Made by a program: the position numbers and the translations under genes. Shown here in pieces: positions 40,254-50,127 of a stretch of 64,000 bases of DNA (positions are counted from its first letter, which is position 1; each line of letters begins with the position of its first letter). The notes under the pieces are model-generated. The model searched no databases. It worked only from the letters and a program-made list of their open reading frames with translations, and had not been told where the DNA came from. The stretch is from Andalucia godoyi And28 (Eukaryota > Protista > Jakobida): contig VRVR01000001.1 of the NCBI GenBank assembly GCA_009859145.1, positions 202,463 to 266,462 of the forward strand, in the 5' to 3' direction.

Positions 40254-41228
40254 ATGTCTGCGGAATCGATGCTCCTGTCTCTTGTAGAGCAGTATGGAAT
40301 TTCGGCCGGTGCAGCAGCGATGCTGGCACTTGAAGAAGACTGTGCACAGTGGTCCATTTCCTGCGGAGTGTACGGTTCATTCCGTACAAATTCCACAAAT
40401 GCAGATTGTTTCCGAGCGGGTCTTCTTTCCACGTGTTTCTGTGGACATGCTGCGTCTGTTCATCATGTTTCACAGTTGACAAGCGATGTTTTGCAAGACA
40501 AGAAGTCGATCCGTTCTTCTTGCGAAGTATGCAGTTGCAAGCGATTCCGGTGGATTCCAACTCGTCCTGAAATGATCGGAGAATGGTGGCTTCCTCGCCG
40601 TCCCAATTTCAAGATTTCCACCTATTTCGTAAAGTGCCATTGTGATCATGGCCCTGCTGCTCATGATCCAGTGACACTTAAATGCAAACAGTGTTCTGGT
40701 TGCAAGAGATTTTCGTCGCATTTCGCTTGTCTTTGCTGCAACAAGTTCTGGGAAGATCACGACACGATCTGGGAAAATGAAAAAGAAAGAAGAAACGACA
40801 AGAGAACCATTCGTGAGCAGTACCTTCCACTGCACGGCGTCGATCCCGCGTTTCGAATCTCTCTATTGCAGCATCTTGAGGCCAATCCGCGCTTAGCGAA
40901 AACCGTGTCTGCCTCGGGAGCGGGATGTATGCTGACGGGTGGTGCCGATGACCGATTCACGAGCAGTGATGGCAGGACGGTGGCGAGATTGCCTGTGCTT
41001 ACCGAGAAGAGCCGATTTCTCGCAGCTGTGGGGAATTCGGCTTCCGTGGATTCTTCTTCTTCTTCTTCTTCTTCTTCTTCCACTACTACTACTACTAATT
41101 ATTGTCGATCCGTAGCGAATCCCCCGTGTTGCCTTTCTCAAGAAGGTTTTGTGCAATGCAAAGCATGCGGAAACCTGTTAAAGCGGACCGACGAGTACTG
41201 CAGCTCCTGTGCGAGATACAATCGATGA
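40254..41228 (+). CDS. FAM221-family protein
   Basis: CFCGH, FRWIPTRPEMIGEWWLPRRPNF, CHCDH, FACLCCNKFWEDHDTIWE, YLPL match the FAM221 Cys/His-rich pattern. C-terminal CxxC-CxxC ribbon. The start may lie in an upstream exon (GTAAGT near 39950). Confidence 0.75.
   Translation: MSAESMLLSLVEQYGISAGAAAMLALEEDCAQWSISCGVYGSFRTNSTNADCFRAGLLSTCFCGHAASVHHVSQLTSDVLQDKKSIRSSCEVCSCKRFRWIPTRPEMIGEWWLPRRPNFKISTYFVKCHCDHGPAAHDPVTLKCKQCSGCKRFSSHFACLCCNKFWEDHDTIWENEKERRNDKRTIREQYLPLHGVDPAFRISLLQHLEANPRLAKTVSASGAGCMLTGGADDRFTSSDGRTVARLPVLTEKSRFLAAVGNSASVDSSSSSSSSSSTTTTTNYCRSVANPPCCLSQEGFVQCKACGNLLKRTDEYCSSCARYNR
41052..41098. repeat. Coding (TCT)n(ACT)n tract encoding poly-S/T
   Basis: ttcttcttcttct...actactactact inside the FAM221-like gene. 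Confidence 0.85.
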
Positions 41229-41839
41229 GCATGTGCGTGCAACTGCTCTGTTGTATAGTCTCTTCCTGTCAAAAGCGGGTGCCTCCCCTCATCCCACTCC
41301 TAGTTGTCCCCTAGCGACCCCGTCGATCTCAGAATCCGTGCCGCGCACCGCTGCACTACAATCGGAAAAGAAATAGATCGCACAGTTGCCACCGTGTTCC
41401 TTTTTTAAAAATGCATGTGCCATTTCTTGTTTGCTGTGCACATGTCCAGCGTCCAAAAAACACGCAGCGTTCTTTATTGCCTTCACTCTTCAGAAACCAC
41501 AGACCGCGATTGCTGTCTGCTGTAGTCCGTACCAACTCTACTTGTCTGCTATCCACTGTAAAAAGAAAAAAATATTATTAAAAAATAAAAAAGCGTGTCC
41601 GATTGACAAGAGACAGGGAGCAGCCCAATCGCTGGGCACCCAGGGCGTGTAGCGTCGAGATAAAAATGCACGTCTAACACCGCACTGACACTGCTGACAG
41701 CAGTGACATTCTGCACCACCCACTCCGTCCCTCCCCGGATTGCCGATAACACTGTAATAGAATTCTGCAGCAAAAAAAAAAAGACAGAGAGAGCTTCAGA
41801 AAAGCTCCCAAGAATGCGTCCTCTCCTGTTCTTCTGAAA

Positions 41840-43349
41840 ATGTTTCTTCATTCTCGTTTCTGTCGTTTTTTCGGACCGAACCTTGTCTTTTCACGCAGCT
41901 TCGCAGTTTCTCCACTTGCAAAAAACATGACCAAGATCCACGTTGCAAACCCCGTCGTCGACATGGACGGAGACGAAATGACTCGCGTATGTTTTTTTTT
42001 CCCTTCTAGTTCTTTTCTTCTTTCTTCTTTTCCTCATTTGTTTCAGGGTTTAATTTAGGAATTATGCGTTTCCGTCCATGGCACTAATTATTCGAATTTC
42101 GTAAATTTTGGGGGATCTTTGCTTGTTTTTTTTTGTTGAAAAAACGTATTATATTAATTTAATCTGGGATTGGAAATAGGTTATCTGGCAATTGATCAAG
42201 GACAAGCTGATCCTTCCTTACCTGGATCTCAAAATCGAATACTACGATTTGAGTGTTCAGAACCGCGATGCGACAAACGACAAGGTAACGATTGAAGCCG
42301 CCGAGGCCGTAAAGCGATGCAATGTCGGAATCAAGTGCGCAACCATCACTCCTGATGAGCAGCGGGTTGAGGAATTCAAGCTGAAGAAGATGTGGAAGTC
42401 GCCGAACGGAACGATCCGCAACATCATTGGAGGCACCGTGTTCCGTGAGCCGATCACCATCTCGAACATCCCCCGTCTTGTTCCTGGATGGACCAAACCC
42501 ATCATCATTGGACGTCATGCTCATGCTGACCAGTACCGTGCCACGGACTTTGTGGTTGAGAAGCCTGGTAAGCTTACAATGACCTACACGCCTGCGGACG
42601 GTTCGGCGCCTACGACGTATGAGGTGTACGATTTTGAGGGTGCAGGTGTTGCAATGGGAATGTACAACACAGACGAGTCGATTGTTGGGTTTGCACAGTC
42701 GTGCTTCGAGTATGCAATTGCCAAGAAGCAGGATTTGTATCTGTCTACCAAGAACACGATCTTGAAGAAGTACGATGGGCGCTTCAAGGATATCTTCGCA
42801 GAAATGTACGCCGCGACTTACAAGGCGAAGATGGATCCCATGGGAATCAAGTACGAGCACCGTCTGATCGACGATATGGTTGCACAGGCTCTCAAGTCCG
42901 ACGGAGGCTTCGTCTGGGCGTGCAAGAACTACGATGGAGATGTCCAGTCTGACATTGTTGCGCAAGGATTTGGATCTCTTGGTCTGATGACCTCGGTCCT
43001 CATCACCCCAGACGGTAAGACTGTGGAGGCAGAGGCCGCCCACGGAACCGTCACTCGTCACTGGCGCCAGTACCAGCAGGGCAAGGAGACCTCGACGAAC
43101 TCGATCGCCTCCATCTTTGCCTGGACCCGTGGCCTTATGCACCGTGCCAAGCTCGATAACAACAATGCGTTGCTCAACTTTGCACAGAAGCTTGAGGATA
43201 CTGTTATTGAATCCGTCGAGGCTGGCATCATGACCAAAGATCTTGCCTTGCTCGCAAAGGGCGATGCTGTTACCCGTGCCGACTATGCCTCCACTGAAGA
43301 CTTCATCGTGAAAGTTGCAGAGCGTTTCCAGGCCAAGCTTTCCCAGTAA
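41840..43349 (+). CDS. IDH: NADP-dependent isocitrate dehydrogenase; exons 41840-41986 and 42180-43349
   Basis: [13 protein letters not shown]|[16 protein letters not shown] joined by intron GTATGT...AATAG (41987-42179). [52 protein letters not shown]. Confidence 0.97.
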
Positions 43350-43591
43350 TGTGGGATTGGAGAACCCTGTTCTCTGGACACTCTCGACATATGGTCACTG
43401 TGTCTTTGTGTGATCCTGAATTCGCAAAAGGAAATGCGGTTGTTGAAGTAGACCCCAATCTCCCTGGGATGTTTGTTTGTTTAATTATTGGATGCTGGAC
43501 CCCTTTTCGGCCGGAAATAATCAACGAAAAAATAATAAAAATAAATAAAAAATAAATGAAAATAATAATAATAATAATGTGAAAAGATAAA

Positions 43592-44620
43592 ATGTACTTC
43601 AGGAGTGCCCTACGCGAGACTCCAGCTCGCTTGCACTGGGAATACCGCGTGGATTCCGACACAAGAGCCGCGGTCGGCTGAGCCAGCACTGACGAATGTT
43701 CATCGCGGCGTTGGCATCGCGGCCCACGCACCGGCGGTCAGATGGACAGTTCACTGTGGCGCAGTGTCTCAGCCCCCGGGCACGAAGCGCTCACGACGCA
43801 ACACCGGATTCTCGAGCATCCGCATGCGCACCCTCTTCGGGTGTTGGTGGAACCTAAAAAACGGTGCCACCTGGTCGCGGGTAGCCAGACGGTCCAGCAG
43901 CTTGGCCGTCGCCTGCTGCTTCTTGACACGACCGCTGCGTTGCTCCATCCACTTGCGCTCCGCATTTGCACCGGTGGCATGATACCACTGGTTGCGCATC
44001 TCGCTGCGCACGGAAGTCCCGTCGAACGCGGTCAAGATGTTTGCGCGCCCTGGGTCGATCCCGACAAGCGTCATGCCCGCCGGCACCTGACGCGGCTGCT
44101 GCTGCTGATCGTCGCGCCCCGCTGCCGCGCGCCTTCTCCTGGGGTTGGGCTCTCTGGGGACCATCTCGTCGTCAGCCGCACGCCGTCTGCGGGAATGGAT
44201 GCGAAGACATGGCGACGCAGCTTCGCCTCAAGACCGAACTTGAAGCCGTTCGCCATGTTGGTTGGCACTCTCTCGCGAGATGCCGCAACGCTTGGCAGTA
44301 CTCCCCTCTGTACCCGACTCCCTGCAGCCGCGGATAGTCGTCCCAATGCTCCTCCGCAAAGGCGGTGAGTGCAAGGACGGACTCGGAAGAAGTAGCAGTG
44401 ATGCGGCCATCCGGAAACGTAAAATGCATTCATCAAGAACGAATCCTTGAAATCGGGAAAGGGCAGGTCATTCTCCAACACAAAGGCGGGGTAGTGGTTT
44501 AGCAGGAGTGCGCCGCGCCACGTGATGAACGACAGATCGTTCAACCAACTCAGGAGGGCATCGTGCAGATCGGGATGGCGCAGCCGCTCTCGGAGCGCAG
44601 CTTTCACCACCTACACCATC
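43592..44620 (-). mobile_element. Fanzor1-like (TnpB-family RuvC nuclease) pseudogene / non-autonomous element
   Basis: Across three frames: N-terminal VKAALRERL..LNDLSFITWRGALLLNHY and TNMANGFKFGLEAKLRRHV; RuvC-I LVGIDPGRANILTA; zinc finger and RuvC-III GLRHCATVNC..CVGRDANAAMNIRQC..RPRLLCR. In-frame stop after the ATG, frameshifts, and no RuvC-II region visible. Confidence 0.8.
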
Positions 44621-44967
44621 GGGTTCCGAAAATGTGCAAGTATGAAACCGACAACGTGTGGCGAAGTGTGAGGAGGATGTGGTGCCAAATAAAAATGGTG
44701 AAATATCAAAATACGAACGCAGCAGTGTTTTATTCAATATTTTATTTGACACAACGAAGTCCAAGGTGAAACGGGAGAAAGGGAAAAAGGAAAAAGGGAA
44801 TGGGTTCAGCAAACAAAATCCAAGGGACGAGAGCCAGCGGATAACAGGCAAAAGGGAAAGGAAACGAGAGAGAAAACGGAAAGAAGACCGGTTTGAGGAA
44901 TTGCTGGAATTTCTGAATTGAATTTTATGGAAGCGCCCTTACAAATGCAGATCGCGCGCGCCGGGCT

Positions 44968-46497
44968 TCAGGAAACAGACTCCGTCCGCATCAAGAGCTT
45001 CTCCGTCTCCAGGAGAACGTTGTCCAGTGACGACGGAACTTGGCACAAATCCGACGTCAGCAGGTGCTGTGCAATCTGCTCAGAAGTCATGCCCGACAGA
45101 ATGCGTGTGGACTCCTGCTGTAATTCTGTGCACACTGTTTGGCAAAACACGGTGGATTCAAGAATCCGTTGCTCCACAGCTGTGCGCTCGGTGTCATTCG
45201 GCGCAAAAGCCCACTCACGAAAATCCTTGCAAGCAGCAATGTGCGGTCGATATGGACATGTACCGTACTCACAGTCAATGATTGTGTAAGTGTAAACAGA
45301 ACCATCCAGTGCGACAATTCGAAACACTTGTTTCCCGGGTATCCATTCACACGAAATACCTTCGTTGAACAGCACACGGATCGTCCCGTCGGACAACGCA
45401 CGAAACTTCCCACTCCCGCACTCCACTTCGTAAAGCAATGTTGATCCCAGTGGTCGTGCAGGGTGCTTTCGTTCACAGACGGGGGCGGCAGCCTTCATCC
45501 GTTCAAACACAAATTTTTGCGTGTCCATGAACGCAAACATGGATTCTGCGCATTGTCGAACGTTGATGTACATCACGGATGCCAATGTCTCTCCGGCAGC
45601 ACTGTACAGATGGAGAGGAAGCGCATCTCGTAAGAACATCATGGTCTTACCGTCTGACAAAGTCGCATAGACAAACTGACGGCAGCAAGACGTCAGCAAG
45701 GAGCAATTCGCAACAGCGCATTCCGTGTGCACAACATTCGAAATCGGCAGATAGCGCATCGTAAATTCACGGTTCCAGGAAACAAGGACGAACGAAGTAT
45801 GATTCTTGACTGAAAAGCAGTCATCTGTAGCCGAGACGAGGTGCCAGGGAATTGACGGAAACTTGGCATGGACATCCAAGGCGGCATTTTCTACTGTTTT
45901 CAGCGTCATGGCTTGGTCATCCAGCGAATGATCGCAGTATGCCACAATCTCCTCGAGCTCGTTCGCAGGAGCCAGTAAATCGCTTCCAAACGCAATGGAA
46001 AGCAATTCTTCGTAGCAGAATGGGAACAAGCGTGTGGAATGGGTCTGCCGTGCGTGCAATCGCAATCTCTTTCCAAGGCTTGTCTGCGGTTGCGAGTAGA
46101 CGTGGGAGCTGACGGAAAATGATTCTCTCGACGGCGAAAGAATGAGCTGCGTCTCACCGCCTTCAACAACCACCGCACCGTCTGACGCCACTCTTCTCGT
46201 CATGCTCCCGTGCACAACCATTGGTCGTGTATCTTCAAACACGGTTGAAATGCCGCTTTCCTTTTCACATACGACGACATTGAACAACGAATGCGCGTTT
46301 CGAAATTCACGCAACTGCCGAAAGTGCTTTTGTAGAGACGATGGAATCGACGCTGTGTGAAGGCACAACGGAGTTCGCTCCAGCGGCCGAGCGATCGTAC
46401 AAGTCGCACAGGCCGCATCCAGAGCAAACACAATATCGTCATCAAACACTCCACAGCATACTTGATTGCAAAGTAAAAACGCCTTGACCAAACTCAT
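44968..46497 (-). CDS. C5orf34-like protein (DUF4520/DUF4524-like)
   Basis: Probable ATG at 46497; an upstream exon is possible. Motifs ASIPSSL..LREFRN, TQLILSP..FSV and GKFRALSDGTIRVLFNEG recall the C5orf34 family. Confidence 0.55.
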   Translation of the reverse strand: MSLVKAFLLCNQVCCGVFDDDIVFALDAACATCTIARPLERTPLCLHTASIPSSLQKHFRQLREFRNAHSLFNVVVCEKESGISTVFEDTRPMVVHGSMTRRVASDGAVVVEGGETQLILSPSRESFSVSSHVYSQPQTSLGKRLRLHARQTHSTRLFPFCYEELLSIAFGSDLLAPANELEEIVAYCDHSLDDQAMTLKTVENAALDVHAKFPSIPWHLVSATDDCFSVKNHTSFVLVSWNREFTMRYLPISNVVHTECAVANCSLLTSCCRQFVYATLSDGKTMMFLRDALPLHLYSAAGETLASVMYINVRQCAESMFAFMDTQKFVFERMKAAAPVCERKHPARPLGSTLLYEVECGSGKFRALSDGTIRVLFNEGISCEWIPGKQVFRIVALDGSVYTYTIIDCEYGTCPYRPHIAACKDFREWAFAPNDTERTAVEQRILESTVFCQTVCTELQQESTRILSGMTSEQIAQHLLTSDLCQVPSSLDNVLLETEKLLMRTESVS

Positions 46498-47000
46498 ATT
46501 CTCGCTTCTATCTACTGAATCCTCCTCCACTACCGCACCTCCTGCTGTGAGAAAATGAGCAAAAACGAAAATGACGAAAAAGTAAAATCGAGAAGAGAGA
46601 CTGTCCTTAACGAGTCGTTCGCAACCCTGCAGATTGGCATCACGTGATGCAAGCTGCTGCATGGCGCGACATTGCATGCTGGTGCCATGTTTGGCGGCTG
46701 CCTCTCTGGACTAGTAGGGGTCGCTTCGTTTCTCTCGTTTCGTGCAAGCTGCACCACGAAACACTGCAATGATGCGGAAAGCCGGAAGAGCAACGAACAT
46801 TGTCATACAGGCGGGTCATTCTGCAGTTTCCAAACCCCTCCCCCTCTCGAAAGTCGCGTCGAATTGCTTTCTGCTTGCTGTCGTTTTCATTTTCTTCTAA
46901 TTTTTTGTTTTGGGGTTTTTCTAAGCGTTTTGCATTTGTGCTGCGTTGCTCCTCCCCATTCCCCCGTTGACGACCGTTCTCTTGCAACGAGGCAAACAAA

Positions 47001-47771
47001 ATGGTTCACGCAGAACTTCGTTATTTTGATTGTCGCGGACGCGGCCAGATCATTCGGTACATCCTTCTGGATCTTCTTGCAGATTCCGAATACACGGAAA
47101 CCGTGATTCCGCTGGAAACGTTCCAGGAATCCTGGTCGCAAACTCGAAAGAACGACGCAGACTTTTCTGGAATATTCGGCACTATTCCTGTTCTGGTATG
47201 GACGGACGCAGAGAGCGATTTGCCAATAACCATTTCACAGACGCTCGTGATTCTTCAGTTCCTCGGGCGAAAACTGAACCTGTATGGCCCGCCCGGTCAT
47301 GACGACCTGCGAACCAGCACACGAATTGACGAGCTCGTCTCGGCTGCGTACACGGATCTTATTTTCCAAGTAAACACTGCAATTTGGCAGAGTTCCACGG
47401 AAGTCAATGTCACAGCAGTGTCGAAGCTCGATGTCTTGTTGCAACGTCTGGACGGGTACCTTGCGTCCAAACTGCGGGAATGGGAAGTAGAGACTGGATA
47501 TTTTGTGTTTTCCGACAAGGAAACACTTGCAGATTATGCCCTCTTTGCCGGGCTCGAATTGACCTCCTCCGTGTTCCCATCGCTGTTTGCAAAGTATCCA
47601 CGACTCGTTCAGTTTGAGAAAATGTTCCGCGAGAAACATCCGAGAATTCAGCAGTACATTTCGTCTGATAAGTGCTACAAAAGGTACACCGGGGCGTCAG
47701 TTGAAAAGTCTAGCCTGAAAGTTATTGCAGAACGATTTGGAAAGCCATCGACGGCAGAGTCTTCGTCTTGA
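47001..47771 (+). CDS. Cytosolic glutathione S-transferase (sigma/mu/pi-like)
   Basis: ELRYFDCRGRGQIIRYIL, FGTIPVL, ISQTLVILQFLGRKLNLYG, TLADYALF. Confidence 0.9.
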   Translation: MVHAELRYFDCRGRGQIIRYILLDLLADSEYTETVIPLETFQESWSQTRKNDADFSGIFGTIPVLVWTDAESDLPITISQTLVILQFLGRKLNLYGPPGHDDLRTSTRIDELVSAAYTDLIFQVNTAIWQSSTEVNVTAVSKLDVLLQRLDGYLASKLREWEVETGYFVFSDKETLADYALFAGLELTSSVFPSLFAKYPRLVQFEKMFREKHPRIQQYISSDKCYKRYTGASVEKSSLKVIAERFGKPSTAESSS

Positions 47772-47920
47772 TCTCCTCGTTTTTCTTCGTCGTCGTCTGT
47801 GTTCCTACTTCTCCAGTCGAACAAACGAATCAGCAAATGGATTGAGGTCCACCAGTGAATACATCTTGTTTAAAGAGCGTGCAACTTTGTGTTTCTTCTT
47901 CTTCCTTGATGGGGACGATT

Positions 47921-49081
47921 TCACTCTTCAACGAATTCCTCTCCGAGAGGTGGAAGACCAAGGGCGGAGGGGCGGAAGAGTTGCCTGCTCAACAGTTTCT
48001 TCAGCTGATCATCACTTCCGCAAGTTCCGCACTTGAAGACTTTGCGGAGACCGTCGTCAAACATCATAGCTCCTCCAGCCGCAGATATTTCTCCGTGGTC
48101 AGATGTGTATCCCCGAGTCAGCTGAAGTACTCTAGGTAGCGATCCATGCTCGATTCCGAGGACCTTGGCAAGCGACGCGGAAAGGTACATCTTTTCGTAC
48201 GATTTTCCAGTATTGGAGGCCACGATCGCGGAATCAACACCCAATTTCTGGGAGCAGTCGACGGCAACAGGAAATGAAGATGAGATGCTGTGATTCGCAC
48301 CGCGCTCGTTCCCAACTGTATCATTCCAACTATTCTTCTGCGACTGCTTCTGCCTCTGCGACTGCGGATTTCCACCAAAAGAACTTTCCGAAAAACCAGC
48401 AGCAGATTCAAAGGAGCCATCACAAGTTGGACGAACTGGCGAAGCCGCTTCTGGCCTTTGATTCAACTCGCTGCTTTTGGGGTTCCGACTGCGACTTGCG
48501 TCGTTCTTTCCAGGCATTGATACAAGCTTGCATGTTCCACGTTCCATGATGAGGAGCCCAAGGGATGTTTCTTCAACCGAATCATGGCCAGGAAACAATT
48601 GACGCAAACAGGCATCAAAACGAATGCAGACGCTCTTCCTTCTTCCCCTCTGGTTCTCATAGAGTAAACCGTGTTCTCTCGCGTAACTCAAGAGAAGTGG
48701 AACACTTTCGAACAAATACATATCCAGCACATCGGCAGAAAGCCCACTCGTCTCGTCCTCATCCGCTCGTCGCACAGAGCGGTTCGCGCGCGATCGATCT
48801 TCCAAAAGCGCACGTCTGGATGAACTCGGTTGAGCACACTCCTGCACATCCTCTGGTTCTTCAGATGCCTCGCTCTCCGTCGATGAACTCTCCTCTTTCG
48901 TGTTATTGACGCGCTGCAATGTATCCACAATGGACTTCTTGATCAGTTCCCGAAATGACGAAACATCCTGAATCGAGAACTCTGACTGAACTCGACGAAT
49001 GACAGACGCCACGGTAATTGACGATGGATCATCAATTGTCGAAACATATTCTTGGACAAAATCTACTATTTGCGGTTCCAT
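47921..49081 (-). CDS. DEK-C plus two SWIB/MDM2-like domains (UAF30/Tri1-like architecture)
   Basis: ATG at 49081. DEK-C ITVASVIRRVQSEF...RELIKKSI; SWIB-like LLSYAREHGL...IRFDACLRQLF and LSASLAKVLG...MFDDGLRKVF...LKKLLSRQL. Confidence 0.7.
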   Translation of the reverse strand: MEPQIVDFVQEYVSTIDDPSSITVASVIRRVQSEFSIQDVSSFRELIKKSIVDTLQRVNNTKEESSSTESEASEEPEDVQECAQPSSSRRALLEDRSRANRSVRRADEDETSGLSADVLDMYLFESVPLLLSYAREHGLLYENQRGRRKSVCIRFDACLRQLFPGHDSVEETSLGLLIMERGTCKLVSMPGKNDASRSRNPKSSELNQRPEAASPVRPTCDGSFESAAGFSESSFGGNPQSQRQKQSQKNSWNDTVGNERGANHSISSSFPVAVDCSQKLGVDSAIVASNTGKSYEKMYLSASLAKVLGIEHGSLPRVLQLTRGYTSDHGEISAAGGAMMFDDGLRKVFKCGTCGSDDQLKKLLSRQLFRPSALGLPPLGEEFVEE

Positions 49082-49429
49082 TCTTCCGGGCTTCTTCCTT
49101 GGAAACGATGACGGGATGACCAATTCGCACAGTGAAGAAGGAAAATGAAAGTGGACAAGAAAAACGAGAAACGACATAACAAGAAGACACGACTTTTGAA
49201 AGACGGACGATTCCTTCCTTCCTTTCAGAATGCTTGGAGTCCGCAGCATCAAGTCCGAGTTCGTTTTTCCCTGACTCGACAAAAAATCCAGTTTTGTTTT
49301 TTAATACCAAGAAAATGTATTCTGGGGTTTCTGCTGTGGCGACTAGCAACGGGGAGAGGCAGCCGGCAACAGACAAGGAAAAGCAAAAGCAAAAGGAAAA
49401 GCAAATAGGAGAAGGACTGGAAGGACAGG

Positions 49430-49924
49430 ATGGCAGCGTTGGTCCCCCCGTTGAACTTTGGGTATGTCGAGGCGGACTTGTTCCGGTCTGGGTTGCCAGA
49501 AGAGATTAATTTTCCATTCATGGAAACTCTTCATTTGAAAAAGATTATTTATCTTGCTCCAGATGCGCCAAGCCAAGCATTCATGAATTTTGTGAAAGAC
49601 CAGAATATCCAGTTTATCCACCTGGGAGCAATTGTTGCGAAGAACCTATGGGAGCCAATCACAGAAGACCTCATCTTGTTCGGGTTGGAGCAAATTCTGA
49701 ATCGAAACAACTATCCGCTGGCGGTCATGTGCAAGCTCGGCCGGCATCGAACAGGGACACTAGTGGGGTGTCTGAGAAAACTCCAAAGATGGAATTTGAC
49801 GTCTATTCTGGAAGAATACAGACGATTTGCAGGGTCGAAAGTGCGCATTGAGAATGAGCAGTTTATCGAGCTGTTCGACACGGATCTCGTCAACATTCCG
49901 CAGGACCCTCCCCGCTGGATATGA
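49430..49924 (+). CDS. OCA1/Siw14-family atypical dual-specificity (tyrosine/phosphoinositide) phosphatase
   Basis: LVPPLNFGYVE..LFRSG, P-loop CKLGRHRTG, GCLRKLQRWNLTSILEEYRRFAG, EQFIELFDTDLV. Confidence 0.9.
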   Translation: MAALVPPLNFGYVEADLFRSGLPEEINFPFMETLHLKKIIYLAPDAPSQAFMNFVKDQNIQFIHLGAIVAKNLWEPITEDLILFGLEQILNRNNYPLAVMCKLGRHRTGTLVGCLRKLQRWNLTSILEEYRRFAGSKVRIENEQFIELFDTDLVNIPQDPPRWI

Positions 49925-50127
49925 GACCAGTGGTACTTCTCAACAGTCTACTGACGACGAAAGCAAAAAAAGAAAGGAAAAGAGCGAGGGGAAAGCAGGC
50001 GCAACAAATGAGGAGACTCCACGTGGGACACAATTGTTTGCTGTCCTTCAACTCCAAAACACACTTCTTTTTTCTTTCTTTTTTTATTATTTAACTTTCG
50101 GAAAACCATTTCACGGCCAGGAGACTA

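Noticed and set aside
41689-41705. Perfect 8-bp inverted repeat cactgctg-a-cagcagtg upstream of IDH
   Set aside because: A single short palindrome is expected by chance in 64 kb, and there is no second copy or ncRNA context.
42159-43142. 327-aa minus-strand ORF
   Set aside because: Antisense shadow of the highly codon-biased IDH gene.
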